Shown one piece after another: positions 1 to 13,045 of a stretch of 64,000 bases of DNA (positions are counted from its first letter, which is position 1; the number at the start of each line of letters is the position of its first letter). Both the position numbers and the translations under genes were made by a program. Location: contig NC_058368.1 in assembly GCF_018350175.1 (NCBI RefSeq), positions 94,366,001 to 94,430,000 of the forward strand, read 5' to 3'. The notes under the pieces are model-generated. The model worked only from the letters and a program-made list of their open reading frames with translations. It searched no databases and was not told the DNA's origin. The stretch is from Felis catus (Eukaryota).

Positions 1-297
1 GGTTACCTTTGTGGCCCAGACCCAGGTTTGTAATTAAAGATAAAGGAAACACAAGAAAATTTTGTTACAAGGGCACTGGGAAGGGAGAGTATTTCTGTGT
101 GGATGTGAATCTGTTTATTTTGTTTCTTTTTGGAAAATTAGATAATTATTAAAATGAAGGAAAACTTAAAATATGATTCTCTTAGTAAATTAATATTTTC
201 CCCATTAACCTTTGAATTTTTGTAGGGCAGAGATCATTGAGTTGCTGCTTAGTAGATAACCGTTCTATTTAAATTGACCTTAAAACTTGTATCATTT

Positions 298-521
298 TTA
301 TTTTTTTTTATTTGTATTATTTTTGTTAAGCTTATTTATTTTGAGAGAGAAAGAGAGAGAGAAGGAAGTGGGAGAGGGACAGAGAGAGAGGAAGAATCCC
401 AAGCAGATTCCACCGTGGCAGCACGGAGCCTGACGTGGGGCTCGATCTCTTGAACCGTGAGATCATGACCTGAGCCAAAATCGAGAGTCAGACACAAATG
501 ACTGAGCCACCTAGGCACCCC
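298..521 (-). mobile_element. CanSINE (tRNA-derived SINEC), older
   Basis: T-rich tail, (GA)n, ends ...ctaggcacccc. Confidence 0.9.
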
Positions 522-556
522 AGAATTTTTATCATTTTGAAAATGAAACATAAAAG

Positions 557-760
557 TGGTGCCTGGGCTCAGTTGGTTAAGTGTGTGGCTTGATTTCAGC
601 TCAGATCATGATCTCATGGTTTGAGAGGTCCAGCCCTGCATTGGGCTCTGCGCTGACAGTGCAGAACCTGCTTGGGCTCCTCTCTCTGCCCTTCCCCCAC
701 TTGTGCTCACTTTCTCCCTCTTTCTCTATCTCAAATAAACTTAAAAAAAAAAAAAAAAAA
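557..760 (+). mobile_element. CanSINE
   Basis: Head ggtgcctgg..., (CT)n, AATAAA, poly(A). Confidence 0.9.
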
Positions 761-797
761 GAAACGTAAGAGAGTGGTATTTACCATGTCACTTTTA

Positions 798-1015
798 AAT
801 TTTTTTTTTTCAACGTTTTTATTTATTTTTGGGACAGAGAGAGACAGAGCATGAACGGGGGAGGGGCAGAGAGAGAGGGAGACACAGAATCGGAAACAGG
901 CTCCAGGCTCTGAGCCATCAGCCCAGAGCCTGACGCGGGGCTCGAACTCACGGACCGCGAGATCGTGACCTGGCTGAAGTCGGACGCTTAACCGACTGCG
1001 CCACCCAGGCGCCCC
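798..1015 (-). mobile_element. Young felid SINEC_Fc-type
   Basis: CpG-rich; perfect 16-bp TSD taccatgtcactttta at 782-797 and 1016-1031. Confidence 0.95.
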
Positions 1016-1282
1016 TACCATGTCACTTTTAGTACTTGGTTCTTTTTATCTATCTCCTTGTGAAATATAATGCAATCGCAACTTTGTTACTATTTTTTAT
1101 TCTGTCTAGAACCCCAAAGGCCCATTAATTTGTTGTTCTTAATTTCTTTACTTCATTTTGTAGATTATTAGTTTTGTCTTGGCCTTGTCCATATGACACA
1201 TCAGTGTGTGTATCTACATACAAAGCTCCAATTTCTAACTATATTAAGAATTTTTGCTGAATCAAAATAAGATTAATGGAAA

Positions 1283-1389
1283 CTTTTTTTTAAGATTTAT
1301 TTTTTAAGTAATCTCTACACACAACATGGTGCTCAGACTCGCAACCCCGAAGAGTCACATGCTCTATGACTGAACCAGCCAGGCACCCA
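1283..1389 (-). mobile_element. Short old CanSINE
   Basis: T tail + tRNA-like head remnant. Confidence 0.75.
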
Positions 1390-2253
1390 GTGGAAGAGGG
1401 TTTTTTTGAAGAGGGTTTTTGATTTGTTTAGACCAGACTTAGCATTTAAATGTCTTAAATCTTAAGAATTCTTTTCCTAAATTAAGAACCTGTAGTTATA
1501 ATGACATTTTACGGCAGGACACTTTTTTTTTTGTATTTATATTTTTCAAAGGTGGTATTGTTCTGGTTTAAATATAGGCAACATTTTTCTTTCTATATTA
1601 ATAAGCATATCACAAAGGCCTGCCAGCCTCAGCAGGTAGTCACCTTGCTTTTATATCAGTGTTCACCTGCAGAATTAGACTTTTCTATTTCTATTTCAAT
1701 TTTATAATCCTTGCATGTTTTGAACAGCCAGATGAACAGTACTGGTTTCCTTTTATTAGATGTGTTACGCACTTTATCAAAATTATCGAACTAGATCTGT
1801 GAGGTAATCCAAAAACGTAGGTAGTTTTATCACTGTTTTCTAGTTCTGAGGTTTGGGGGAGTAAGTGATGCTGAAGCTCACATAGCAAGGTAGCAACAGA
1901 GGTGGTTTCCTCACCACTAGACCCTACTGTCTCTTTGACAGCCCATAGTTTTTTGCTACTCCATGGTTTGCCAGTGGTTCACTTAAAGCTACCAGGAAAA
2001 TTGTTTTTCTCTTTGCCCAACATAGTCTGCACATTGATTCAGTGGGTTCCACTGATCTTTTATAAGTGTACATAAATGGAGGGGAAGTATTTAGACAGCA
2101 TTTTCACCAGGATAGTCATCTTCTGATGGCTAAAAACCAATGGCTTATAGTATATGGGTAATGAAACCAGGTGATTTGGAAAAAGTAAGCATGGAAAAAT
2201 AAAGACATATTAGAAACTTTTGACTCTGATGGGTAGGTCTAATAATGATTTTA

Positions 2254-2357
2254 TTTATTATTTTTTAAATTTTTAGTAGGCTCCACCCACACTTGGGGCT
2301 TGAACTCATGACCCTGAGATGAAGAGTCGCATGCTTTACCAACTGAGCCAGGCATCC
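2254..2357 (-). mobile_element. Short old CanSINE
   Basis: TSD ctaataatgatttta at 2239-2253 and 2358-2372. Confidence 0.8.
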
Positions 2358-2389
2358 CTAATAATGATTTTAAATTAAAGAAGATTAAA

Positions 2390-3510
2390 TTAAACCACAC
2401 CATACACAAAAATCTGTTCCACTAGATTTAGTCGAAACATGAAAGATAAAACAGTGAAGTTTTTGTTTTCTTCTGGGAGAATATCTTCTTGATGTTACTA
2501 TAGGCTAAGATTTCTTAAATTGGACATAAAAAAAGATTAACCTTAGAGACGATGATAAATTGGAAAATATTGAAAGTGAAAACTTCCAAGAACGTTGGTA
2601 GAATAAAAAGGCAAGCCACAGAGTAGGAGAAGATATCTGTAATATGTATAGATGACAAGACTGTATCTAGGATAATTTAAGAATTTTTAGACACTAGCAA
2701 GAAAGACCAATACAAAAATGAGCAGAAATCTTGAACAGACATCACAAAGAAAGATATCTAAATGGCTGATAAATATGAAACAGCGCTCAGTGTCATTACA
2801 GCTATCAGGGAAATACAAATTGTTGTTACAATGACTTTCTGCCACATACCCATGAGATTGGTTAAAATTAAGAGATGGACAACATAACACTCTGACAAGG
2901 GTGTGTGATTGTGGGAACTCTCATATACTGCTCTTTGGGGTATCCATCTTTAGAATTGCTTTGGAAGTCTGTTTGAAGCCGTCTGCTACCCTGTGACCCC
3001 ACAGTTCTCCTCTGTGTGTGCCCTCAGTGGGTATGTGTGCATCCATTCAGTAATAGACACGAATAAGAATATTCCTAGCAGTGCTAACTGTAATGGCTCC
3101 ATACTGGAAACAACCCAAACTGTCAACAGCGAAATGGATAAATACGTTGTGGTATATTCATGCAATGGCATACAGTAGATGAGAATGAATGCGCTATTAG
3201 GTAATAGTTGAATCTCACAAAAATATTGATGAATAAAAGGCACCACTCACAAAAGATTGCATACTGTATGATCTCATATAGTTCAGAAATAGGCAAAACG
3301 GATCTGTCGTATTAGAAAGAAAGTGGTTACCTTTGATGGTGATGGTGACTTACTGAAGTATGAGAGGCTTCTGCAGTGCAGGTAATATTTCAACACCTGA
3401 TTTGGGTGTTGGTTACACAGGTATGTTTACTTTGTGAAAATTCATCAGGTTATATACATTGTTGTGATTTGTGTACTTCTGTGTATGTATGTTATGCTTC
3501 AGGAAAAATT
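2390..3510 (+). mobile_element. Old L1 (L1M-type) ORF2 end and 3' UTR
   Basis: Degenerate L1 3' motifs (caccatacacaaaaat, aaatggataaat...gtggtatattcat). Confidence 0.8.
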
Positions 3511-3694
3511 TCCTGGAGCCGGGGAGCAGAAGTGAAATGGCTTTACTTACTATAACTTATTTAAATATGATGTTATAAATTGGAATTCAGACCATTTCCA
3601 ACTTAAAGGTACGGTTTCAGAAGTAATATTTTCTACTTTATCAGTGGGAAAAGTTTTTTTCTTCTCACATTCTTCTAAGAAGTTCAAGTTTGTT

Positions 3695-3947
3695 GGGGCG
3701 CCTGGGTGGCGCAGTCGGTTAAGCGTCCGACTTCAGCCAGGTCACGATCTCGCAGTCCGTGAGTTCGAGCCCCGCAGTCCGTGAGTTCGAGCCCCGCGTC
3801 AGGCTCTGGGCTGATGGCTCAGAGCCTGGAGCCTGTTTCCGATTCTGTGTCTCCCTCTCTCTCTGCCCCTCCCCCGTTCATGCTCTGTCTCTCTCTGTCC
3901 CAAAAATAAATAAACGTTGAAAAAAAAAATTAAAAAAAAAAATAAAA
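3695..3947 (+). mobile_element. Young SINEC_Fc with internal 22-bp tandem duplication
   Basis: 18-bp TSD aagaagttcaagtttgtt at 3677-3694 and 3948-3965. Confidence 0.95.
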
Positions 3948-4332
3948 AAGAAGTTCAAGTTTGTTAAGCTTGTTCAACTCTTTGTTCAAGCAGCATTATC
4001 CCATTCAGTGCTTATAAGCGAGAATCTGCTATAAAAAGAAGGAAAATGAATCTGAATTAGTTTCAAGTAGAGTGAATAAAGTCATTCCAGGAACCATGTC
4101 ACTAAGACCTTGAGGAGAAATTAAGATAAAGTTGGGAGTTTGAGTGGATATTCTTTGTTTCCTACCTACCTCAAAAAAATTGAAATTAACTGGAAACTTT
4201 GAGGCTGACCCCTGTATGCCCCCACACTTGGTCATCTGAATAATTTGCCTTCTCACAAATGAAATTGTCGAGTAAAACTGCATATTCTTTGTTACTTAGA
4301 GACCTCTTACTTCTAGTGACTTTGGTCTAAGC

Positions 4333-4737
4333 CAGGGGCCAATAAACTAAAGCAGGTCAAGTCCAGCTTGCTGCACCTTTTTGTAAAGTTTTGTTGGAGC
4401 AGAGCCATGCTCATTAAAACAGTTTTTTTTTTTTTTAATGTTTATTTATTTTGAGAGACAAGAGTATGAGCGGGGGGGGGGGGGGGGGCAGAGAGAGAGG
4501 GAGACACAGAATCTGAAGCAGACTTTTGTTAGCACAGAGCCCTACAGGGGGCTCGAACTCATGAGCCATGAGATCATGACCTGAGCCGAAGTCTGACGCT
4601 TAACCAACTGAGCCAGCCAGGCACCCCCATGCTCATTGTTTATATATCTGTATAGTTGCTTTTTGTTGCACCATATGGCCCACAAAGCTAAAATATTCAC
4701 TCTATGGTCCTTTGTGGAGAAAGTTTGCCAACTCTTG
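4333..4737. mobile_element. MER58-like hAT-Charlie DNA transposon interrupted by a minus-strand CanSINE (about 4422-4627)
   Basis: Termini cagggg.../...gtttgccaactcttg; ccatgctcatt duplicated around the SINE. Confidence 0.7.
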
Positions 4738-5181
4738 ATTATAGTCCTACAGTTCCTTGTTTGTAATGTTTCACCTATCTTACCATCGGCATGGATGGAA
4801 GGAACCTTGGGTTAGAGATCTGTATAAATTGGCCTGAGATATGAGTAGTTTAGCAAGACGCCTGCTGTTTGCATTTTACTCCTTGTCCTATAGGATCACC
4901 TGTGAATAAAGTAACCATATGTTTCCGTTTGTGAGTAAGTCCTTCTTTATATCTTTTGTTCCAGGCTGTTAAGAAATTATGATAACATTGCATACTATTA
5001 TAGCTTAATAATCATAAAATTTTAGCTGCTCCTTTTTACTCCTCATGCCCCCAGTTTGTATGATAAATTTTGTGGTCATCCTGTCTGTGACAGTAACCTT
5101 TGAGAAGGGTGGTGGGAATAGAGATAGAAACAGAGTGACAACCTATCCAAGGGAATTTAAGAAATGAATTTTTGAAAGTTT

Positions 5182-5750
5182 GTGTCAAAGGTCTTCAAGA
5201 CCATCTCATTGATTTGCTAGGATTCACAGGACTCCAAAGTTGCTGTGCTCATGGTTAGGGTTTAGTACAGTGGTAAGAAACAGGAAAAGCACATGAGGGG
5301 ATGTCTGGAGAAAACCAGGCGCAAGCTTCGATGTGTCCCTTCCCACTGGAGTCACACAGGATATGTTTTAATTCCCCCAGAAATGGTATGTGTAATGTGT
5401 TCGCAATCAGGGACAGTCACCCCTAGCCTGTGTGTCAGGATTTTTGTTGGTGGTCAGTCACATAGGCATGTGGCACCATCGTGACTTGACCTTGCTTACT
5501 TAAGCTCTAGAACCTCAGAGGTAAGGAGTTGTTCATCATAAATCACATTGTTAGCATAAACTGTTCGTTCAGACTGGTATACAGTGCAGCCCAAGGACTC
5601 AGGCATGCCAGAACATACTTATCAGAACTGTACAGGGGCTCAGAGCTCAGTTCCCAGGAGCTAGTCAAGGGCTAGTCTGGTAAACAGGCCATTTTGGGGG
5701 ATGTGTAGGTTTTTGAGCCTCACAGGCCTGCTGCGTTAACCCTTCCCCCC
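5182..5750. mobile_element. Solo LTR, MER21-like
   Basis: Recognised motifs accaggcgcaagcttc, ggagtcacacagga, cctgctgcgttaaccc. Confidence 0.6.
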
Positions 5751-6191
5751 CCCGCAAGGCCCTACAAGGTATTCAAACCAGAGCTTGAACTGAGGTAAGT
5801 CTGATTCCAAAGTCTTTTTTGCTTTTTCCATAGATAATTTGAGTGATCTTTTATCCTGAATTAATTGCTTATTACAAACTGGATGCATTAGATGTGGTAG
5901 ATACTTGAACTATGTCCATCTATCGTGATAAATCTTTCCAGTAAGCTTTCTTTTTTTCCTCACATGAAGATAGGGAGCCTGATTTGATTATTTTTTTTTT
6001 CAGCGCTTTTTAAAGTAATGGTGCTAAGAATTTCTAGTTTTAGTTATTTTCAGCAAAGTTTATTTTGTTTTGTATGTTAATGTATTGAAACATAGTTATG
6101 AGCAATAGTGTATAATTATTCCTGTTGCACTTAATGCAGTATTTAATTTAAAACAAATGTGATAGCGGAGTTTAGAAAAGTGTTTGTTCGG

Positions 6192-6423
6192 GGGGCGCCT
6201 GGGTGGCACAGTCGGTTAAGCGTCCGACTTCAGCCAGGTCACGATCTCGCGGTCCGTGAGTTCGAGCCCCGCGTCAGGCTCTGGGCTGATGGCTTGGAGC
6301 CTGGAGCCTGTTTCCGATTCTGTGTCTCCCTCTCTCTCTGCCCCTCCCCCGTTCATGCTCTGTCTCTCTCTGTCGCAAAAATAAATAAACGTTGAAAAAA
6401 AAAATTTTAAAAAAAAAAAAAAA
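6192..6423 (+). mobile_element. Young SINEC_Fc, about 100 bp upstream of AP3S1 exon 4
   Basis: CpG-rich consensus-like body, poly(A), short TSD aaaagtgtt. Confidence 0.95.
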
Positions 6424-6525
6424 GTGTTCACAGTTAAGAATTGTCTCCTTTGTAGATGATAGGTTTGAATGAATTTATACAGTTCTCAAGAGCTCTTAAC
6501 CTTTTTTTCTTTTTTTTTTCTTCAG

Positions 6526-6597
6526 GTGTTTGTGGAAACGTTAGACAAGTGTTTTGAAAATGTCTGTGAACTGGATTTAATTTTCCATGTAGACAAG
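6526..6597 (+). CDS. AP3S1: AP-3 complex subunit sigma-1, internal coding exon (exon 4 by human numbering): VFVETLDKCFENVCELDLIFHVDK
   Basis: Polypyrimidine tract + ttcag acceptor, 72 nt phase 0-0, donor AAG|gtactc; peptide matches the adaptor sigma (longin) core. Confidence 0.97.
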
Positions 6598-6699
6598 GTA
6601 CTCTTTCTGTATTGTTAAATCTTCTGAGCTCTGTATCTAAGAAAAATGTTATTTTATATTTGTCAAAGTAAAAATGGACTTAGTGAATAATACTATTTT

Positions 6700-7460
6700 T
6701 ATTCCTTATTTATTTAGTATAACTAATAAATTATGTTTACTATGAACCAGGCACTGCGCTTGGTGCCGAAGATTCAGACCCTGGCCAGAGGAATCCACAT
6801 CTAGAGGAGGAGACCGTGGCATTCATTAAGTAGCAGTGTGTGTTGAGTGTTAATGGGAACACAGCTGTCCCACCTGCCCCTGCCCAGGGGGATGTGAGTG
6901 GAGGAGATTACATTAAAGTTGGATTTTTAAGGATTAGTAGATATTTCACTGACCGAAGTGGAGAGGATGGCTCTAGAGGCAGAGATATAAAGTACAGGCC
7001 TTTGGTGTGTGTGTTGTGGGGGGTGGGGGTGGGGTGGTATTGATTGAGAGGCCTAATTTAAGTTCTTCAGTGCACGGATTTTGGACTTTGTTCTGACGCA
7101 CTTTAATTTTTTTAATAAAAATATGTATTGGCATTTATTGTTGCCTTGTTTGTACATTGGTTTTTGTTTTGTTTTGTTTTGGCAAGATCAGTTTTTTCTA
7201 CATTATGAAGATTGGATTGGATCGGATTGGTGGTAGGTGGGAGATTAAAGGCAGGGAAATCCGCTAGAAATCTTTTTGAGGAGCTCCAGAAAGAAGAGAA
7301 GTAAGACAGTACAGTAGGGATGCAGGAGGGTGAATGGATAAGACATGACGGTCTGCTAAAAAGCTCCACTTACCTACAGATTCCATACATGAGAGGAGGG
7401 AAGGATTGCTGAACTTTGTAGCCTGTATTTATTACCTGGTGCTGGTGATAGGGAATTTGG
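6700..7460 (-). mobile_element. Degenerate L2 3' fragment
   Basis: tactatgaaccaggcactgcgcttgg resembles the antisense L2 3' end. Confidence 0.55.
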
Positions 7461-7524
7461 GAGGAAGAGAGTACACTTTTACCACACACAGGTTTTTTTC
7501 TTTATTAAGCTTATATAATGTAGC

Positions 7525-8025
7525 AAGGTTTTTTGTTTTGTTTTGTTTTGGTTTGGTTTTAGTGTTTGTTTCTTTTTGAAAGAGACAGAGTGCAAGTGGG
7601 GGAGGGGCAGAGAGAGGGGAAACAGAATCCAAAGCTCACCGACTGAGCCACACAGGCGTCAGTAACAAGTTGTTTTGAATAATTAATCCATTGAATAAAA
7701 TAGTCTGAAATAATATGCTGAAAATTTTAGCAGAAAAGGTGATTTTTAAAAATCAGCTTTATCGAGGTATAATTTACACACACCAAAATTCAGTTTTAAA
7801 AATTTTTTTTTATTTATTCTTTTTAACATTTATTTATTTTTGAGAGAGAGAGACAGAGCACGAGCTGGGGAGGGGCAGAGAGAGAGGGAGACACCGAATC
7901 CGAAACAGGCTCCAGGCTCCGAGCTGTCAGCCCAGAGCCCATCTTGGGGCTTGAACTCACGAATCGTGAGATCATGACCTGAGCCGAAGTCGATGATCAA
8001 CCAACTGAGCCACCCAGGCGCCCCT
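7525..8025 (-). mobile_element. Two antisense CanSINEs (internally deleted copy about 7525-7660; full copy about 7800-8024)
   Basis: T tails, (GA)n, ...ccacccaggcgcccc ends. Confidence 0.85.
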
Positions 8026-8132
8026 TAAAACTTCTAATTTACATTGATTGATATACATTCACTTAAGAAAAATCAGAAAATACAGATTAGTGGAAAATAA
8101 GTAGAAGCCATTCAACTTCAGAGGTTGCCTTA

Positions 8133-8697
8133 TGTTAAAAGAAAAGCTGAGACATATTAAGAGTTTTATCAGGGGCGCCTGGGTGGCTCAGTCGGTTGGG
8201 CGTCTGACTCCGGCTCAGGTCATGATCTCGAGGTCCGTGAGTTCGAGCCCCGTGTCGGGCTCTGTGTTGACAGCTCAGAGCCTGGAGCCTGTTTCAGATT
8301 CTGTGTCTCCCTCTCTCTCTGACCTTCCCCCATTCATGCTCTGTCTCTCTCTGTCTCAAAAATGAATAAACGTTAAAAAAAATTAAAAAAAAAAAGTTTT
8401 ATCAGTTTATTTGAACAATACTGATTCAAATTGGGCGGTGCCAAACCAGGAATGTTTAGGAGTATTCCAACAGGAGCGAGGGGAGAGGCTTCTATAGAGA
8501 AAAGGCGGAAGCAAAGCAAGGGAATTAACTGATTATAACTCAAGCAGTTGTATTATTTGAGAAAGTCGAGTTTGCTGTGATGGGTTGTCTTCAGGCTTTG
8601 ATTTCTTAACCTTGAGACATTTACAGGCTTAGGTTTTAGTTTGCTTACTTAGGCTGTTAGATACTAGAACCACCTCACTCTAATTGTTTAATGAACA
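8133..8697. mobile_element. Putative LTR-class element interrupted by a + strand SINEC (8172-8395, TSD agttttatca)
   Basis: TG...CA termini; SINE clear, host family not identified. Confidence 0.5.
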
Positions 8698-8768
8698 TTA
8701 GTGTTAAGATTTTAGAGTGTTAGAGTTCTAGATTGTTTTGTACAAGCAAGTACAGAAACAAATACGTC

Positions 8769-8991
8769 ATTTTTTTTTAAATTTCTTTTTTAACGTTTAT
8801 TTATTTTTGAGACAGAGAGAGACAGAGCATTAACGGGGAGGGTCAGAGAGAGGGAGACACAGAATCTGAAACAGGCTCCAGGCTCTGAGCCATCAGCCCA
8901 GAGCCTGACGCGGGGCTTGAACTCACGAACCGCGAGATCATGACCTGAGCCGAAGTCGGCCGCTTAACCAGCTAAGCCACCCAGGTGCCCC
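8769..8991 (-). mobile_element. SINEC_Fc
   Basis: TSD aacaaatacgtc at 8757-8768 and 8992-9003. Confidence 0.93.
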
Positions 8992-10278
8992 AACAAATAC
9001 GTCTTTAAGACCAACAAAAATGGAATCCTGCAGTATATAGTATGTGTAGCCTATACCTTCGTACAACAGTGCATCACTATTTTAGAACCTGCCAAAATTA
9101 ACTAGATCTGTTCTTTCTGGGCTAAGCTCTTGTTTTAATTTTTTTCAGTGCAATGAGATAAAAGCTTCAGGATAGCAGGACCTTTCCTATCCCTCCCTTC
9201 TCTGTCTAAAACAATGCTAGTCTTGTTTTGAGCCCTTCTATGAAAGTAGGATTGTTTTCAACTCTTAAGCAGCCCTGGACCTTCCCCAGCCAGGGATCTC
9301 CTAACCAGCTCAGCTCATTTTTTCTTAGGGGCAGGTACAAAATTTTGCACGCAGCCCTCAGCCTCCTTTTGGACCACAGCTGGTTCAGTGAAAGGGGGAA
9401 GTTGTAAAGATTACCCCTTCTGTTTTCAATCGGGATGGGCTAGTTTATGCTACAGTTTAAGAAATAGCAGAATACCTCTCATTCATGCAGTATGTTTATC
9501 TTGTTCCATATACCTTAATTCTGGGATCCACGGTAACAAAGCTGTCACTGTCTGGAGCATCGTCAGTTTCTATGTCAGAGAGAAGAGCTTTCGTGGGCAA
9601 ATTTATCTGCTTTTCAAAGTGTCACAGGTGATAGCTTTACCAAATGTTTTGCTACTGCATACATCGATCACTCATTTTCTAGCCTCAGTATACCACTTTC
9701 CATGTGGCCCAATGCCCAGCCCTTAAGCTAGTGTCTTTTCCTTTACTGTCTTTATTGTATCTTATTATGAATCTTTAAGTACTTATTTCTGTATCAGCCA
9801 CATAAACTAACATTGTAGACACCCTGAGGTAGAGATAGCCCCCCGCTACCCAGAATTGGTCTGAATGTGAAGACTAAAGATGGCACACACACACACACAC
9901 ACCAAGACGTTCTGATCTAAAACAGTTTCTCGCTCACATAGGAAGGTTTTACAAGTAATAGTAAAGTCATTTATTTGATTAAGAGAAAATAGAAAGAAAT
10001 CATAATCATTATTATAAACAGTAGAATCTTTGGTTTAAAAGAGGAGGGGGAGAATATAAGTAAAATTTGATCAAACCAACCAACTTTGTGATGAAAAATA
10101 AAAGTAACTTAAATGAAATTTTAAAGTAGGTATTTAGTACACTAAGTGTGAACTAAATGAATTAAAAGACAGAGATGATGGGTTTAAAAGGTACAGTTTG
10201 TATAGGAAAGGCAGGTAAATTCTTGACCAGTTTTCATAACCATTTGGTTCCCTGATACCCACCAAAAATGATTGTTTG

Positions 10279-10360
<82 letters not shown>

Positions 10361-10400
10361 CTTTCTTTCCTTTCTTTCCTTTCTTTCTTTCTTTTTCTTT
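10279..10400. repeat. (TTTC)n microsatellite
   Basis: Long perfect tetranucleotide run with a degenerate tail. Confidence 0.97.
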
Positions 10401-10436
10401 TAAGTACCCTGTAATGTAGGACTTTGAACAGAATTT

Positions 10437-10635
10437 GTTTTATTTTTTTATTTTTTTTTCTAACGTTTATTTATTTTTGAGGAGGGGCAGAGAGAGGGAG
10501 ACACAGAATCTGAAACAGGCTCCAGGCTCTGAGCTGTCCACACAGAGCCCGACGTAGGGCTCGAATTCACAGCCTGCGAGATCACGACCTGAGCCAAAGT
10601 TGGACGCTTAACCGACTGAGCCACCCAGGCGCCCC
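10437..10635 (-). mobile_element. CanSINE
   Basis: Consensus-like body, part of the (GA)n region missing. Confidence 0.9.
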
Positions 10636-10639
10636 AGAA

Positions 10640-11350
10640 TTGATTTGTTTTAATCCACTGGAGATGTTACTTTTTTGGATGCTCAGATTGCCCTCTCTTG
10701 ACCCATGGGAGCCTCTTCAGGTCGTCTTCTGGGACCTTTTGCCGTTCCCTCCTCTCCATGGGCTCTGATAGCTGTTTTGTGTTCTGGCACAACTAGATGT
10801 TAGACTCGCTTTCTTCATTTCTTCCTCTACAGACATATTGTCAGCCATTGCATGTAGGAGCCCTGATTCCTTTTAGTGGGAAATGGTGTATGGGAACCAC
10901 AGTCTGGAGGTGCTCATAATTATGAGGCTGGTCATTGTTTCTAGGCCTTTTCTATGGAGAGAGCATGTTTTCTGTCCAGCCCTTGAGTCACCTATTTCTT
11001 CAAGGAATGCTGGTTCCTTTTAGGGGACAGTGATATTTAGAAATGACAGTCTTGGCATCATGTAACTCCTGGTTCTCTGAACCAAGCAGGGAAATAGATG
11101 TAGGTATGTGTGCACGCACACATGCACCCTAACCTATTTCTAAATATTTATGTATATCAAAAATCACTGAGTTCTTCTTAATGCCTCAGAGTCTAGTGCA
11201 GTGCTACAGAAGTTATTCCAGCCTTCTCCTTTTCTGTATTTGCAACTTGCTACTCTGACAGTGAAAGATTATGCCGATTATTCTCATACTTAGTATTCCC
11301 ATTATTTATTATGCATTTACTTACTTGCTCAATTCTTCCTTTCTGTAACC
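10640..11350 (-). mobile_element. Old L1MC-like 3' UTR fragment
   Basis: Twice-repeated ggagccctgattccttttagtggg-type motif typical of L1MC 3' ends. Confidence 0.6.
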
Positions 11351-11539
11351 AAATTCCTGGCCGGGCTGTTGGAAAGCTAAACTCCAGACATGCCAGTCTC
11401 CACTCTTCCCTGCGAGCACCAGCCAAAAGGTTGGCCCCAGACCCACCAGCCCCTATCCCATCAACTGAGCGAGTTGTTAGAAAGTCAATTCTGATAAAAT
11501 TTGTAATGAATAAAGTATTACAAAAAAGAGTCTAGATGA

Positions 11540-12400
11540 TTGAAAAACAACTCCATAGAATTTCTAGAAGAGGCAGAACTGTCAAAATTAAAAATTTCAG
11601 TGGATGGGTATATAAAGGTAGATTACATATATCTGAGTAAATGGAAAAATAGAACACATTGTCCAAAATTCAGCATAAAAAAACTTCTTAAGAAAGAGTG
11701 AAAATATGGAAGACAGTTTATAGGTCAGGGAAGATAGAGCAAGAAAGGTCTAATGGACATTTATTCTCCGTTTCAGAAGAATAAATTCTTATTTATTTCA
11801 TAACATCTGAAATTATGAGAATTTGCCAGAATTGAGGAAAGATACCAATCCACACGTTAAAGAATCACAAGTAGAATAAATAAAAATAAATCTACATTTA
11901 GACTAATTATAGTACAGTTGAAGAACAGAGAAAGAGCTCTTAAAATCATCCAGAAATAAACATTACCTTCACAAGAGCAGCGGTTAAATTGGGAAATGAC
12001 TTCTCAACGGCAGTCACAGAAGTTAGAAGGCGATGTATTGAGAAAATAGCTGTCCAACTGTAATTCTAAAGCTGGCAAAAATATCTTACAAGAAAATAAA
12101 ACAAAGACTTTGTCAAAGAAAACTAATGAGGGAGCTTGCTTCAAGCCTTTCTCAAAAGAAATTCTAAAAGAAGGTACTTGACACAGAAGGAAGTGTCAGA
12201 TATCAGGAGTGAGTTATAGAAGGAAGAAGAACAAAGAAAGTTGCAAATGTGTGGGTGAGGGTAAAAGAACATTGACTGTTAAAGTACTTGTGGAATTAAT
12301 ATGAAAAGAGTTTGTAGCATTAAAATACAAGTCGCCAAGAAAACATAAGCCAGGAAGGGGGTAAAAGGGAGTTGGAATAGTGTAAGATCTTTTAATGAGC
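11540..12400 (+). mobile_element. Old L1/HAL1 ORF1 remnant
   Basis: A-rich; gagaatttgccagaattg, gacttctcaac...cagaag ORF1 motifs; no open frame. Confidence 0.6.
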
Positions 12401-12969
12401 AGCTCTGACTTTTATAATAAGCAGTTTTTAAAAAGGATATCTTGATATTCAGCCCAGAATATAGAACAGAAAGTAGAACAGCTTTCCAGTTTTTCAGACT
12501 TGAATATTTTGAATTTTCAGATTTTGAAATATTCAGTGTTAGTATAACATGCATCATGTACCAAAATAGGTTTACTCTTATCCGTTACTTACTATATCCC
12601 TGTTGCTTTCCATTTGTTAATTGGTCAGCAATTAACAAATGTCTTCATTATTATTAATAAGTTACATGCTTTTCATTTCTACTTTTGTCTTGAAAATTGT
12701 ACCAAAATTTTGATAGGCTAACAAAATATACTCCTAATTCCTTTCAGAATTATTTCCCAAATTGTCATACTTTAGAATGTTCTTTTATAACATGATATAT
12801 GTTAGATTGATACATTATAATGATAAGTCATTATGATAACATAGTATGAAAGACATCAGTAGTTTGGGGGAGGATAGTATTGTTTAACAACAGCATCTGC
12901 GTAACTGATTCAATCTCAGGATAATATTAACCAGATGACTATAAAACTGATTATTTTCTTAGCAAATAC

Positions 12970-12994
12970 TTTATTTTTTTTTAAATGTTTATTC

Positions 12995-13045
<51 letters not shown>

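Noticed and set aside
9815..9950. Possible LTR fragment with a (CA)n run
   Set aside because: Too short and degenerate to assign by eye
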